Assembly (NCBI RefSeq): GCF_000315625.1
Contig: NW_005434632.1
Coordinates: forward strand, 525,122-589,121
From: Guillardia theta CCMP2712
Lineage: Eukaryota > Protista > Cryptophyta
Length of the DNA stretch: 64,000 nucleotides
Reading direction: 5' to 3'
Shown here: in pieces, positions 37,247 to 58,900 of the stretch
How the letters are laid out: the number at the start of each line of letters is the position of its first letter
Numbering within the stretch: the first letter of the stretch is position 1
Made by a program: the position numbers and the translations under genes
Notes under the pieces: model-generated
The model's input: the letters and a program-made list of their open reading frames with translations, nothing else
Told to the model about the DNA's origin: nothing
Databases searched by the model: none

Positions 37247-37559
37247 GCTCGCGCTGATATTCCTGTAGATGAGTCAGCCAACGGTTGAACATTTTTTTCT
37301 ATCGTGAGGGCTATCTGTCTCATCATTCTATCCGTACACGCCTGGCTCTGATATCCGAGTTCTCCGTCTCAAACCATTCCCTCACTGCCGCTTCTCATGA
37401 TTTCAAGCGGCATGTTTTCGCCGCGAATGTGACAAGCCTGCGCAGGATCGCCAACCGTCGCGAGTTTGCCTCGGTACGTATTGGATTGAGGGGGGGACTA
37501 TCAAATACGTATCGGGGCAAACTCGCGACGGTTGGCGGGTGGGTCGCAGTATGAGAGTC

Positions 37560-38130
37560 CCCCGCAGTGCTGACCTGTAGTGCTCGTTACTGAGATCGGA
37601 CTCCCCGCCGGTGCGGCCGGGCCGCCGGCCCCCCCGCCGGGGGGGGCGGGGTCATAATATTCCGGGTGACAGCCGGCAGTGTCGGCCCGGGCGACGGTCG
37701 GGATGGCCCGGCCCACAGTCACGGTGACCGACGGTGGCCCGGCCGGGGGCCGCCGGCCGCCCTGACGGATGTTAAGTGTACAGTAAGCCTCTCGCCGTTA
37801 CGGTACTAACAGTGAACGTTTGTCCTATCTCCCGGGCCACTGAGGCCCTAATCGGATCCGGGCTGATTCGGCACACTGCCAGCCTGTGACAAGTCAATGA
37901 CTGTGGCTGTGTCGCTCCCGCAGTCCGACCGTACGGCCGGGTCACTCGCGGCCACTGGCTGAGCGCTATCCGATCCGCCGGGTGCCCCGGCCGCGTGCGG
38001 CCCCCCCGGGCCCCGCGCCGGCCACTGCCAGGCGGCAACACAACTTGGCAAGTTGCTTGGGCCGACCCCGGCGGTGTGTGTCACTGGCCTGTCGGTGAGT
38101 GCCCGGCCAGACTGAGAGGCCCGGTTAGTG
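37560..38130. promoter_or_regulatory. CCGG/GGCC-rich island between divergent genes
   Basis: Same vocabulary as 12300-12790 and 35040-35420; contains TTGGCAAGTTGCTTGG (38045-38060), identical to 12676-12691. Confidence 0.45.
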
Positions 38131-38573
38131 GTGCTATTTGGGGAAGACGAGCGACCATGCAGCTTATCGCTCCGCAAGCCTCATCGATGGCCTCGTCACA
38201 TAGAAGCCGGAGGTCAGTAGTACCTCCTCCCGATCTCTCTAACCTCCATTGCTGTACCCTGCGTCATGTTCTTTGCTTCTTCAATCGCCTGTTTGCCTGC
38301 CTTCACTGCTTATCTTCTTCACCCCTCTTCTTCATTCCTGTTTGTTTCCCTTGTTTTGTTCACTTTCTTTGCTGCGGCAACAAGTCACCGCCAGCCTCAT
38401 TTCTCCAGCTCCCTCGGGCCTAAGATCCTTCAACTATCTCCGTGCAGCATTCCATGTGTTCCTACTTGTGCTCTCAGCGCGTCCCTTCCTCATCTTTTCC
38501 ACAAGCTTGTCTTCTCCTCCCTTTCTCATCCGCATGGAAACTAAGTCCAAGATGAAGCAGGCCGCGACTCGCC

Positions 38574-39513
38574 ATGGCAGCATCAGCCGGGTTGATTGTG
38601 TTGGGGATGGTGGCAGTGTCTCTGCTCGACGGCTCTCACGTCCGTCACACCGAGCTTGGCTTGGCAGGCGTTGCGAACCCTGTGAAGTTCAAGATCCTAG
38701 CGAAAGACCTGCAGAAGGCTCAGTCCAAGTTGCAGAAGTTCCTCAACGGGCTCGACGTTCAGAAGGCAGGGTCCATCCGCGGATCAGTTGCGACCGACGA
38801 GATGGAGGCGAGCGCAATCATCAACGGCAACGGGGGGGACATGGAGAAGAATATGGCGAAGCCTTTCAGCGAGGTGGACGGGGCGCACTCGGATCCTTCG
38901 GGAGTCGCGTCAGCCATCATCAAGCAAGTAGACAAGGATGACATCGACGTGACGGGCAAGGCAGGAGCGATGAACTATAAGAAGATCTTGAAGGAGGCCT
39001 CCAAGGACGACCCCCTCGGAGCCGCATGGCTCAGGGGGTCTCTACCCAACTACGATGCGGAGGCTAGCTTCATCACCAAGTACTGCTACCTCACTGCCAC
39101 ATCCCTGCACGCGGTTGACTTCTTGCTTGCAGAGATGTGTCAGGAAACTTCGAAAAAGAGCTTGAGAATGATCCCGTCATCAAGGTGCCGCTCGCACGCG
39201 ACTGCTGGCATTCGGCCGGTGACTGGAGTTGTGGCAGGTTGCTGGAGGCAAGACATCAGCGAGGGTGGTAGCAGACGCGATAGTAGACGAGGCGACCAAG
39301 GACAAGAACGACGTTGACTGTGAGACTTTCTGTATGGTCTAGTTTCCATCTCACTCGTCTACAGGCACAGGAGTTGTCGACGGCTCCGGCATCCATGGTA
39401 TCGGCCATGGATCTCCTCCATGTACCACCATGTCCGAAGTTGTGGTGCGTCTGCTGCGAATTGTGAATCAGTTGAAGTTTTGACGTTCGTGCTTGCAGAA
39501 AAGCGAGGATTGA
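38574..39513 (+). CDS. Hypothetical secreted or type II membrane protein
   Basis: Hydrophobic N-terminus AGLIVLGMVAVSLL; long non-repetitive exon; spliced tail ..DCTGVVDGSGIHGIGHGSPPCTTMSEVVKSED*. Confidence 0.6.
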
Positions 39514-39566
39514 GAAACTTGAAATGTATAGGCAGAGATGCTTGTGTTGACTGGAAGATTGTTTAT

Positions 39567-42500
39567 TCACAAATGAAATGTTTTCATTACACGCTGTGCA
39601 GAATCAATGGCATTTAGGAGCTCCAGACGAAGAGAGTTGGATCGTCGAATGTTGTATTCTAACTTCATGCTCGTTTCCAGCTGCGAATCTAATGTCAGCT
39701 CATCTCGCTTCTTCTGTTTGCGAGTATAGACCTGAGACATGACAGAGTTTGTCGAGCTTCGTTGAGAGTGATGCGAATCTGGGGAGCGGCTGTTTCTGTC
39801 AAGCTCTCCCGCCACGTCGGATTTGGACGTGGAGAGACTGGAGGAGGAGGGCTCTTGCAACAAGACAGTCTGTGTGCTCTCATTGCATAGCTCTGGTTTC
39901 ACCACCAGGCGTCCTGCTTGCGGTTCGACCTGAATTTCTCCCGCCTGCACGAGCTGCAACTTTTCTTTTAGTCTTCGTATCTGCACAAGGAACCGCATCA
40001 CATCTTTCGCTACTTACAGGAGCCAATGGTAGACTCACCAGCTCGTCCTTCTCGTCGTTTGCCTGCCTCATCCTCGCGTGCTTCGCCTCGTAGATTTCGC
40101 TCAGTCGGTTCATGTCGTGCATCAGCAAGATTCGATTCTCCTTCTCCATTCTGAGCACGTTGCGAAGCTGATCCGGAGACAAGCTCTCGAACGTGTCCTC
40201 CAGCTCCTCTGACCGCCGTCTCACAGTCCTGCAGTCAGGTCAAACTCGCCATTAACCATCTCAGACACCTGCTGGGCAGCTCGTGCCTGTCCTGGCTGTC
40301 CATCAGGTCCACCCTTTGCATGCAGTCAGCAGGGGCCCAGCTGCTCATTGGGTTTGAGTCGTGAGGTCTAAGAGGGCGGTAGGGCCTCAGGTCCGAGAGC
40401 TTGATCGCCATGGCCTCCAGAGCTGCCGCGATCGACGAGCAGACTTCATGCAGCTCACCCACGAGCCCGGCGACATCGTCCTGGCTAGGTCTCAAGGGCT
40501 CTTGCGGTGTGCTCCTGACCAGGACAGAGAAGTGTTTCATGCCAATTTTCTCATCCTGTCGTTGGATCGATGAGAAGTTTACATTCTCTTCCAATATCTG
40601 TCTCAGCATCTCATCGACCATCTTGTCCTCGTGTAAATCCTCGTTGACATTGAGAGAGATGATACTGCGGAGCCGATGATACTTGTCGTCACCTGAACCA
40701 GAGAGGATCTGAATTTGAATCCAATTTGTTTGTAAGTTCGAGATAATCTCATTGTGCAATGATTCTCTCTTTGCTTGAATGTAACTCAGAGACAATTCCG
40801 ATGGAAGATGTACAGAATATTCAAAAATGTGCGTTGAGATGTTGTTTATCTGACATGTGCTGTGAGAACAGTCAGAAGGTTGCAAGAGCGTGTCAGTATG
40901 TGTTAGACCTGATTGTCAGGCTTATGTCGACTTTCTCCACAATCTTTCCGCTCTCAGCTTGAAGTTTCATCTGAACGTCGGTAGTGCTGGGGGACCATGG
41001 TTGTCATTGACGGGTCAAGGGCAGGAACTAGTCGACCTTGATGGCTTCATCTTCAACAAGGTTTGACCCACCGCCCTCTGATCTCCGCCGGTTGCAACTG
41101 CCCTCACACAAACCAGCAGGTTGACATGCTGGTCGATGACAATCTCTTCCCAGAGCTTCTCTGTGACCTGCAAGTGCGACCTGTCCTCGTCTTCTGTCAT
41201 CTTGAGATGAAGTATTCTCTACAAGCGCAACCATCACTTGTACTCTCTTACTCCACTCCAAGCACCTGAAAGACTTGTCTTGATTGACTTTGCTCTGGGT
41301 GTCCTTCTTCATTCGTTGATCTCGGCGTCATGGCAGAATTCAGATAAAGCTGCGGCGACGATGGGAGACTGTCCTCGAATTGTTGCATTCGCCTGGTGAA
41401 TCAGCAGAGCGTTAGAAGGAGGAGGAGAGGAGGAAGAGGAGGAAGAGGAGGAAAAGGAGGAAGAGGTGGTGGTGTTGGTGGTAGTGGTGGTAGAGGAGGA
41501 GGAATAGGAAGAGGCTTACGTGTACTTTCCAGATGTCTCACAGTAGTTACAAACAAAGTCTTGAACTTCTTCGAAGTCGCTCAGTCTGGTGTCAGCAGCA
41601 AGAACCTGGTCGTTTGTCATGGGATCTCAAGCAAGGGGAAGTTTCTCCTCACCCAGACTTTGAATTGAAAGTGAGAGTGACTAGACCCTGTCACGTTTCT
41701 CCTGCCGAGCAATCATTTCCTTCTCCGCTCGAGAGCTGAAGTTGAGCTACCTTCTTGCTGCCATTTGAATGCATGCAAAGAGATCATTGGCAGGAGACGT
41801 CGGAGCTACGTTTGAACCAGCAGGCCTGCTCGTCAGATCAGCTCGCTGGAAGCTGCAAGAGACATCAAGGAACATCGAGGTGTATTGAGGCAAGTCATCA
41901 TGGATGCTTGTATCTACAGTGATGTGGATCTCAGTGCCAGCAACGCCTGCTTGAGCGTCAAACTCCTCTGGACCTCCGACCCCGTCGCTCACCTCTGAGC
42001 TGTTTCAACGTCTCTTGGTGCCCAGTCACCTCGTGGTCATCGACTGCCGTCAGCCTGTGCCTGTGACATGTGAGGCGAGGAAGAGTCGACCTGCCGCCTC
42101 ACCCGACTAGCGACTCTCCTTGCTGCATGCAAGCTTCTGCAGGACTGCCAGGAGCGACGTCGACGATGACAAGGCTGGGAAGAAGAGCATCAGACAGGGC
42201 GATGGCAGCAAACCATCAGAACCTCTCGCCTGCTCTGCTGAGAACAAGACCGACATCTCCTTCGAAAGATCTGAGCAGCATGAATTTCAGACCACAGGGC
42301 TTGCTACAAGTTCCTGCCCCCACCTGCAGCCGCTCATCCATTTCCTCTTCAAGCTGATTTTCTTGACGTTCTCATCTAAGGTCCCACATGTCAGTCAAGC
42401 ATCGTGAGTCGTCTAATCCTTCAACCTGATGATTGTTGTTCATGATCGAACTTCATTTCCTCTGCGATCTCACTTTCAGTCCAAGCATGCTATCCACACC

Positions 42501-42991
42501 CTTTCCTCGCTGACCGGCCTTGATCGTTGCATGCAGAGAAGTGTCCTCAACTTGGAGCAGCAGCTCTACCGAGGTTCCCTTGGCAAACGTCATACCATCG
42601 CTCGATCGTCTTAGCGAGCAAGAAAACATCATATTCAACCTCAGGGCCTCGGATCGCTGCCGCCAGTTCTTGCCCGGACATCGTCCTTGTCGCCTTCCCG
42701 TCCACTTCTACTAGCAGGTCTCCCACACAGAGTCCAGCCTCCTGTGCTGAGCTGTTCTGCTCCTGGTGCGCGAGCATGTCAGCAACAGAGAGGGAGGGCA
42801 TGGAGTCATACCACGTCGATAATCACCACCTGCCCTCCTGACACCTTGCACTTCAATCCTACTCCGCTCGATCCGGCGGCATGAGCTCCGTCAGTGTCGG
42901 TGGGGGAGAAGGCGCTGGGAGAGGAGGAGGAAGCCATTCTCTCCATCTGACCAGAGCCGACATGGCGTAGAAGCCGCACCCGCCGCTGCAT
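39567..42991 (-). CDS. PDZ-domain protein with C-terminal coiled coil; multi-exon, boundaries approximate
   Basis: SGVGLKCK..VVIIDVV..SSAQEAGLCVGDLLVEVDGK..LAAAIRGPE|GTSVELL is a typical PDZ; heptad-rich exons at 39880-40220. Confidence 0.6.
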
Positions 42992-43103
42992 GTTCTAGGA
43001 ATGGTGATACCTCAGAGGGCCTAAAGAGCAGGACAGAACAATCTATTTAGCTGTGTGAATAGAGGAACCCATCGCTGCCTTTTCAATTTTTGTCCAGGCA
43101 AGC

Positions 43104-44115
43104 ATGGCAGGTAGGACGCTACGATCGTCATGGCAGGTGCTTCATGGTGTGGTGGCCATGAGCGGGATGCTTGTGATGGTGAACTCTTCAGCTTTGAGAG
43201 CAAGTCCTCCTTCTCGTTCTCTCCTGCCCCTTTCTCCTTCCCCGAGTCAAAGGATTCTCTCCGACCCTGTCGGCATGAGGCTACGTGGAGGATCGTCGCA
43301 AGCGGAAGTGGACGAGATGCTGCAAACTTTGATCAACAAGTCACCCATCATGCTCTTCATGAAGGGTTCGCCGTCTCAGCCCCAGTGTGGCTTCAGCAAG
43401 CAGATGGTTTCCCTCCTGCAGCGGCATAACATTGAGTTCGACCATTTCGACAGTAAGTTTGATGGCGCGCAAAGTGTGCTGTGATGTTGAACGAGCGTTG
43501 CAGTTCTTCAGGACGACCTTGTGCGACAAGAGTTGAAGCGATTCAGCAAGTGGGCTACATATCCTCAGCTGTACGTCAACGGAGAACTTGTCGGTGGTCT
43601 AGACATCTGCAAGGAGCTAGTCGAGGCCGGCGAGCTCGAGAAATACTGCAAGGTAGCGATGGAGAAGAAGCAAATCACCCCAGGCTTGATAGAGAACAAG
43701 CTGACACAAGCACTGGACGCGACGCTGGTCAAGGCCGAGGATCTCTCTGATGGTTGCGGAATGAAGTTTTCAATCCTGATCGTTTCACCCCGATTCGACG
43801 GAATGCGTGAGTATAGTTTGTTGCTGCGGAATGTTTGTTGCTCCAAACAACGAAACGCTCTTATGCTGTTCGATGTATACTTGATGCCTTGCATGTTGTT
43901 GTTTCCGTTCTCTTTAACATTCTCTCCTCTTCGGGTGGAATGAGCGAATTGACATGTCATTTCGCCCTCTTGCTCGTTCTGACCCCATGCATGCAGCTCT
44001 CGTCGAGAGGCATCGAGCTGTACACGCAGCTCTAGAGAAGGAGACGCCAGACATTCATGCTCTCACCCTCAAGTGCTTGACGCCGCAACAGCACCAGGCA
44101 GCAACCGCATCTTGA
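43104..44115 (+). CDS. Monothiol (CGFS) glutaredoxin-BolA fusion with bipartite signal + RLRGG leader
   Basis: Exons 43104-43452, 43504-43806 and 43997-44115. Grx: [34 protein letters not shown]. BolA: [47 protein letters not shown]. The junction lies inside one exon. Confidence 0.92.
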
Positions 44116-44530
44116 AGGGCCCGGACCGGGTCAGGCACGACAGCAGTCAGGGTAGTTGATGTCACTAGCATCTGATACATAAAGAACAAGCTGAACGTCT
44201 AGCCGAAACGCTCAGAGCCGACCCGAGTCCAGCCTAGCCTTCAGAACTGTGACCTGGCGGGCCCGGAGGCTCGGTCATGGTGACGGTGCCTTACTAGGGC
44301 CTCAGTGAGGCCCGGGACTTGCCTCAGGGGGAAGTTAGTCCAAGCAGCGGTTTAGCTCAGTGAGGGTTTAGTCGCACGTGAGATGCGAGTAGGGGAAAGG
44401 GAAGAAGAATGATGACGAGAGGAGGGAGGGGATAAGCGGGGAGGAAGGAGAGGGAGAGGGAGAGGAAGACGATGTCGGATGGGAAAACAGTACAGATGTT
44501 GAGCTGACATGTCTTGTTTTCTCGTCAAGG

Positions 44531-49893
<5,363 letters not shown>

Positions 49894-50229
49894 AGGGAAC
49901 GTGCAGGGAGGAAGGAGAAGAAGAGCTGGAGAGAAGGAGCAATAGCGATGGAGGAGGGGAAGGAGGGAGAAGGAGGGAAGGAGAGTGTATCTTAGCGAAA
50001 GAACATTAACATTAAAAGACAATCAAACTTGTCAGGTCTTCTCAGTGAACAGAGCTTGTGCTTGCTTTTGTCATGGTTGATTGTGATTTCATAGGCTGAT
50101 GATCTTTCAACACTGGAGAGAAGAAGGAGGAGGAGGAGAAGGAAGGCCAAGCTATAGAGGAGTAGGAGTAGGAGTAGGAGGAGGAGGAGGAGGAGGAGGA
50201 GGAGAAGCAGCAAGAATGTTACAGTCGAG

Positions 50230-53500
<3,271 letters not shown>

Positions 53501-53818
53501 GCCATCGCGACTGAGAGTAGCAGGCAGCAGTTTGCTAGTGCGATATTATGCTGAGATGACAGGAGTCGTGTTGAGATGGCTAGTCTTTGGTTCAGATGTT
53601 GAGACGGCTAGTCTTGTGTACAGATCTTGTCTTGTCTTGTATCTCTCTTTGTCTTGGCCTGCTCACTCTCCTTGTTGATCTTTTTCTTGACTTCTCTACT
53701 CTGAGGCAAGCTCTCGGGGTCGCAATGGCAGGAGAAGGAAGGGACAGAAGGCAGACGACAGGGAGGAGGAGGAGGCATCAAGGAGGTGGAGGGGCGTAAG
53801 CTAATGACATCGGATGCC

Positions 53819-55950
53819 ATGTATCCTTCCATGCATCTCCTGCGACTACTTCTTCCTGCCCTCCTCTGTGTTCGTCTGTCCAGCGCTTACATGAGAATCC
53901 TGTTCCCTTATGAAGGATCCTGCTTCTTCGACTCCCAAGGTCTTGCATGCTCGTTGTGATGTGATGTGATGCGATAAGCTGTGATGTGACGTGACATGCT
54001 TTATGCTTTGACATGCTACCACATGCTACCACATGCTACAACATGCCACGACATAACGTGACATGCTGTTATAAACATATTATGATGTTCATGATGCCAT
54101 ATCGTGTGAAATGAAGTCATCCAAGGTGAATTGATGTGTCGAGAGAGATGTGTGTGATGTCATGTTCGGTGCGGTGTTTCAGAATGTACAAGTGTGACCG
54201 ATGAGCAAAACAGAATTGTCCTTGGCAGTCGCACTGTCTTCGGACATCTGGCAAAAGGATCCCTCCCCTAAATTCGCGTCAGTTCTACTCAACGTGAGTT
54301 CTTGCCCTCGCCTCGTCCCCTCTCCCTCCTCCTGCGCTCTCCTCCCCCTCTCTCCTCTCAAATTGGTGTAGCTGACCTTCTCTTCTCACATATGCTCCCT
54401 TCCTCCTCTTCCCTTCGATTCTTCTCGCTCTCTGTTCGCACGCCGCCTGCTCTCCTTTCTCCCTTGCTCTCTCCCCTTGCTGACGTCATCTACACCTGAC
54501 TTGTTCTTCAGGGTTCAGTAGTAGGCAGACTGGACCTCTTCACGTACGAGCTCAACTCAAACAACCTGCATGTCGACATCTCGTCGATGCTGGAAGGAAT
54601 CCATGAAGCAAGGGTAGGGGACCGATCAGTATCACTGTCCTACTGTGATACTTGATGTCTGAGATTTTGATTCTTGTTGATTCATAGTCATCTGTCCATT
54701 CTTGTTTCATGGTTGTGTTTTTAAATCTAAATTGCGCTTGTTATTGATGAGTTATGGATGCTTCAATTATGAGTCCTAGAATGGGTTCGCAGTGACAAGG
54801 CTGTTGTTGTGATTGTTGGGTTTCGGGACGATGATCGCTTTGACCTCGGAAGGTGCCGCCATGTCATGATTGTGAAGTTCTGCCCATGTGGCTGCTTGTC
54901 AATCTCTCTGAAATGATGCATGACAATGTGTATGACATGCGGGTAACTGCTTTCGTTCTTCGACCCTCTGCCATGAGTCTCATGTCAACCCGTGCAGGTT
55001 GAGCTGCATAAGGTGAATGGGAGCATGATTACGAGTGTGCAGATGGTCCTTTACATCGGTAAACATGTCATGTTGATGTCTGACTGCTAGTTAATGATGC
55101 ACAGGTTATCGCTCCTGTCCTTATCTTTGCGATGATCCTGTGTACTGCCCTCACCCTCCAGATTCGGAAGAATCAGAACTTAATTTCAAAAGATGTACTC
55201 CATGCTCTCAACGATAGTTGTGCTTCATGTGACACCTTCGGGTAGTGAGAAACCCTTATGGGGGCTGTAACCTTGCGTTCAACAGCATGTCGTCCATGTC
55301 ATCATTGCAGGTGCGTTGGTCGTTACTCTCTCTCTGAATGATCTTTCTGCAAGGACGATCAATCTCATGACATTGTTGTGGACGGGAGTACTACTATCGG
55401 ACATGACGCGTACAGTCACAAGTTCGTCTACTCTCAAGTAACTCAGCTTGTGTTGGCTCTTGACGGCATGTCCTGACATGGGACGGCGAAGGTGCAAATG
55501 GATCCCTGGTGGGCGGTAGACTTGAAGGAAGACCAGGACGTGAGCGGGAGGGCATGACAGCAGCAGAGGGAATGACGTGTTTCCTCTTAGATTCACGCGA
55601 TCGGCATCTGGTGGGCTGTGAATGTCGGGGGAGCGGATCAATACCCGCAGGTGCTGCAGAGCTGCAACTTGCTCACGGGCTCATGCGACAGTCTGCAGGC
55701 TTGGCCGATGAACATGTCTTCCAACGTAGCCGTCTCAGTGTACAATGATGGTTGAGTTTTGCTGCCTCGATCAGGGTGTTGATGTTGGTGGGCAGACGGA
55801 AATGTAACGGGGCGATATGTCATTGAACCTCCCAGTGATCCTTCGTCGAGAACAGTTTGTAATGTTCTCCTTCTTCATTTCATTCTTGTTATTGGACTGT
55901 GCGGATATTTGAGACCGCGTCCTTGATAGAATTGCCAGGGGGTATGGTTG

Positions 55951-55991
<41 letters not shown>

Positions 55992-58900
55992 GTGATGATG
56001 GTGGTGGTGGTGGTGGTGGTGATGATGATTGTGATGCAATACTTGCGTTGTGGAGTGAGTTGACGAAGAATCGATCTCACTTGTTTTACAGCATTCATCG
56101 GTGGGCATCACGATGGGGGTCATGTGCTTGCAAGGGGAAGATTTGTCAAGGTGACGATGCATGGACAAGAGCAGCTGGGGCTGAGAGAAGTTCAACTCTA
56201 CGGTGAGATGAGATGAGAGGTCGCAGAGTGCGAGGAAGGGAGGATGTGACGAGAAAAGAGGATTTAAAGAGAGCAAGTTGGAGAGGAAAAGGAGGAGAAA
56301 CAGAAGAAGCAAAGGGGGGGGGGAGGAGATTGAGAGGGGAGGGCGGGAGGGTGGGAGTGACATTCATTTTGTTTCACAATTTCATGCAGGATCAAATTGC
56401 TGGGATTGCTCCAAACATTGTATCAATGGTTATTGCGCCCAGAATGCAAACGGTGAACATGGAGAGAGAGGAGAGAAAAGCGGGAGGGCAATGACGAGAA
56501 GGTTGGTGGTGGGGCAGGGGGAGGAAGCGAAGCGATGGTTGACAAGTGTTGTTGACATGATCCTATTAGGGCAGATGAGATGTATTTGCGATCCAGACTG
56601 GATCGGTCACGATTGCAGCACGCACATCTTCACCGTGACATAAGCATAAGGAATGAACTTTGAGTGAGACCCCCGCAGGACATCGAGTTTTACCCTCCAC
56701 CGTCGGCTATAGATGAGATGAAGGATGTTTGGCACAATCCGGTACTGACCTTCCCCATGCTAGTTTCTTTCTTCCTTCCTTTATTTGATTGTTTTCTTTC
56801 GCTGCTCTGCTCGTCTCTTGTTTCTGCTGTCGCTGACCGTCTGCGAACAGGAAGACTGGCACAACGCCCTTGACGATATTCACAAGCAGATGCATCCGGA
56901 GGAATGTACTCTTGATGTGAGAAATCGTTCAACCTTGGCTTTCTTGTCTCATTGTCCTGTCAAGAACTCTCAAATCTTCTACTTCCCCAACGCGGGGTTC
57001 GCCTCTACCATGCAGTTCATTGTATGCTGCACCTGCTGTTGGGTCCAGCTGACTTGGAGCAGGCGGGTCTGATCAACCTGGGGCTGGCAAGGAAGAAGGT
57101 TTGACTACCCCTCACCTGACTACCCCCTGAACTGACTCTCGTCTGCCTGACCTGACCACCCCTGATCACCTGCGTCTGCCTCACTCGCTGGTAGTGCTCG
57201 GTGATGTCAAGCCTGCGGCCGTGGGTCTACGCGCTTGACCACCCGACGTGCAAGCGACGAGGTGAGGAGGCGGATGAGGCGGAGAAACGTGACGGAGCAA
57301 ACAGGAGACTTCAGCTGCTACCTGCTGCCCCTCTCCTCCTGCCCGATCTACAACTCAACGTGACGTCACTGATACTTTGATGTAAAGCTGATTCACTTGT
57401 AGGGATGCCAACGAAGAGACCAGACGAGTCAACCCTGATGTGCGAACACTAAGAGGGCTGGGAAGAGGAGATGAAGAGACAGAGAAGGAGGACAGAAGAG
57501 AGGAGTGTTAGGGAGAGAGAGAAGAGAGGAGTGTTAGCGAGAGAGAGAAGATAAAGACAGGGGAGGTTAGAGATGTGCCGGTTTGAAATGATATGAGCAC
57601 AAGATTCCCGGAGTCTACGTGCCGGAGACGGTGGTGGAACACTTCTACTATGTTCCTCCCAGGTATGGCAGAGAAGAGGAAGAGAAGGAACAGGATGGTC
57701 AAGACTTGAGGGCAGCAGGAGGGCAGATATGAGGAGGCTTGAGACGATCGATGGGAGGAGACGGCAGGATGTGGAGTGAGTGTGGATGTTGCAGGTACAA
57801 GAAGTACGGGATCTTGTGGTGGCGTGCCGTTGAGATGGAGTACATCTTGCGGTTGAACGAGGAGACCAGACGAGATGTGAGGGCTGACGTGAAGTCTCAG
57901 CGGCGATGGTTGACTTTCACTGGTCAGGTGGACGAGGAGCAAGTGAAGAGAAGGTGGAGGGAGGAAGGAGGAAGGAGGAGGGAGGAGGAGGGAGGAGGGG
58001 GGGGGAGGGAGGAGGAGGGAGGAGGAGGGAGGAGGAGGGAGGAGGAGGGGGGAGGAGGGGAGTCAGGGAGGCCTCTAACATCTCGCAGTATCAACTACAC
58101 CCATCCCATCATCGGTCTTCACGTTCGTCGAGGAGACTCCTGTCACACGACTCTCCGCAGGAACAAGGTAGATGCCGAGGATGCGACAGAACTGAGGGGT
58201 TGGGGAAGAAGACCAGAAGAGGAGGGGAAGGGCGACCCTGTGAGAGGAGGAGGAAGTGAAGGGAGGGAGGAGACGATGGAGATGATGTTGATGTATCAGT
58301 GTGTTCCTCTCTCACGGCACCTCGAGCATGTCCGCGCCATGTCTTCGCGCTACAACATCAGGTGCTCCTCTTATTTCCTCTTGCTCGCTCTTGTCTTCTC
58401 TTGTCTCCTCTTGCCCGCCCTCCCCCTTCTCATCTACTTCTACAGTAAGGTTTTCGTGGCAACTGATGACACCCAAGTTGTCAACGAGCTGAGAAAGTTG
58501 ACAACATCTTTGCACCTTCTCCTCAGCTTATCGAAGGTTTACAGAGCTGAGCCCGAGCTGACCTTTATTTCCATCCAGTCATACGATAGAAATTCGTTGC
58601 AGGTCTTGTCCTTCCCTGCTGTGCGAGATGCTGACGCTTGGCAGTCGGGAGATGCTGTTTGGCTTGAGAACCGGTGACGAGGAGGCGAAGAGATGAGGAT
58701 AGGAAGAAGAGGGAGAGAGGAGATGAGGATAGGAAGAGGAGGAAGAGGAGGGAGAGGAGCATTGGGGGAGAAAGAGGATGACCGGGAGGGGTAAGAGAGG
58801 GAGGATGGAGGTGGAGAATGAGGAGGATGGAGAGGAGGGAGGGTAGGAAGAGAGGGAGTTGATATTGAAACTTGTATCAGGCTGGGAGCAGGAGAACTGA

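Noticed and set aside
38534-38576. METKSKMKQAA out of frame by one base with the 38574 ORF
   Set aside because: The downstream ATG gives a complete leader; a single-base assembly error is as likely as biology.
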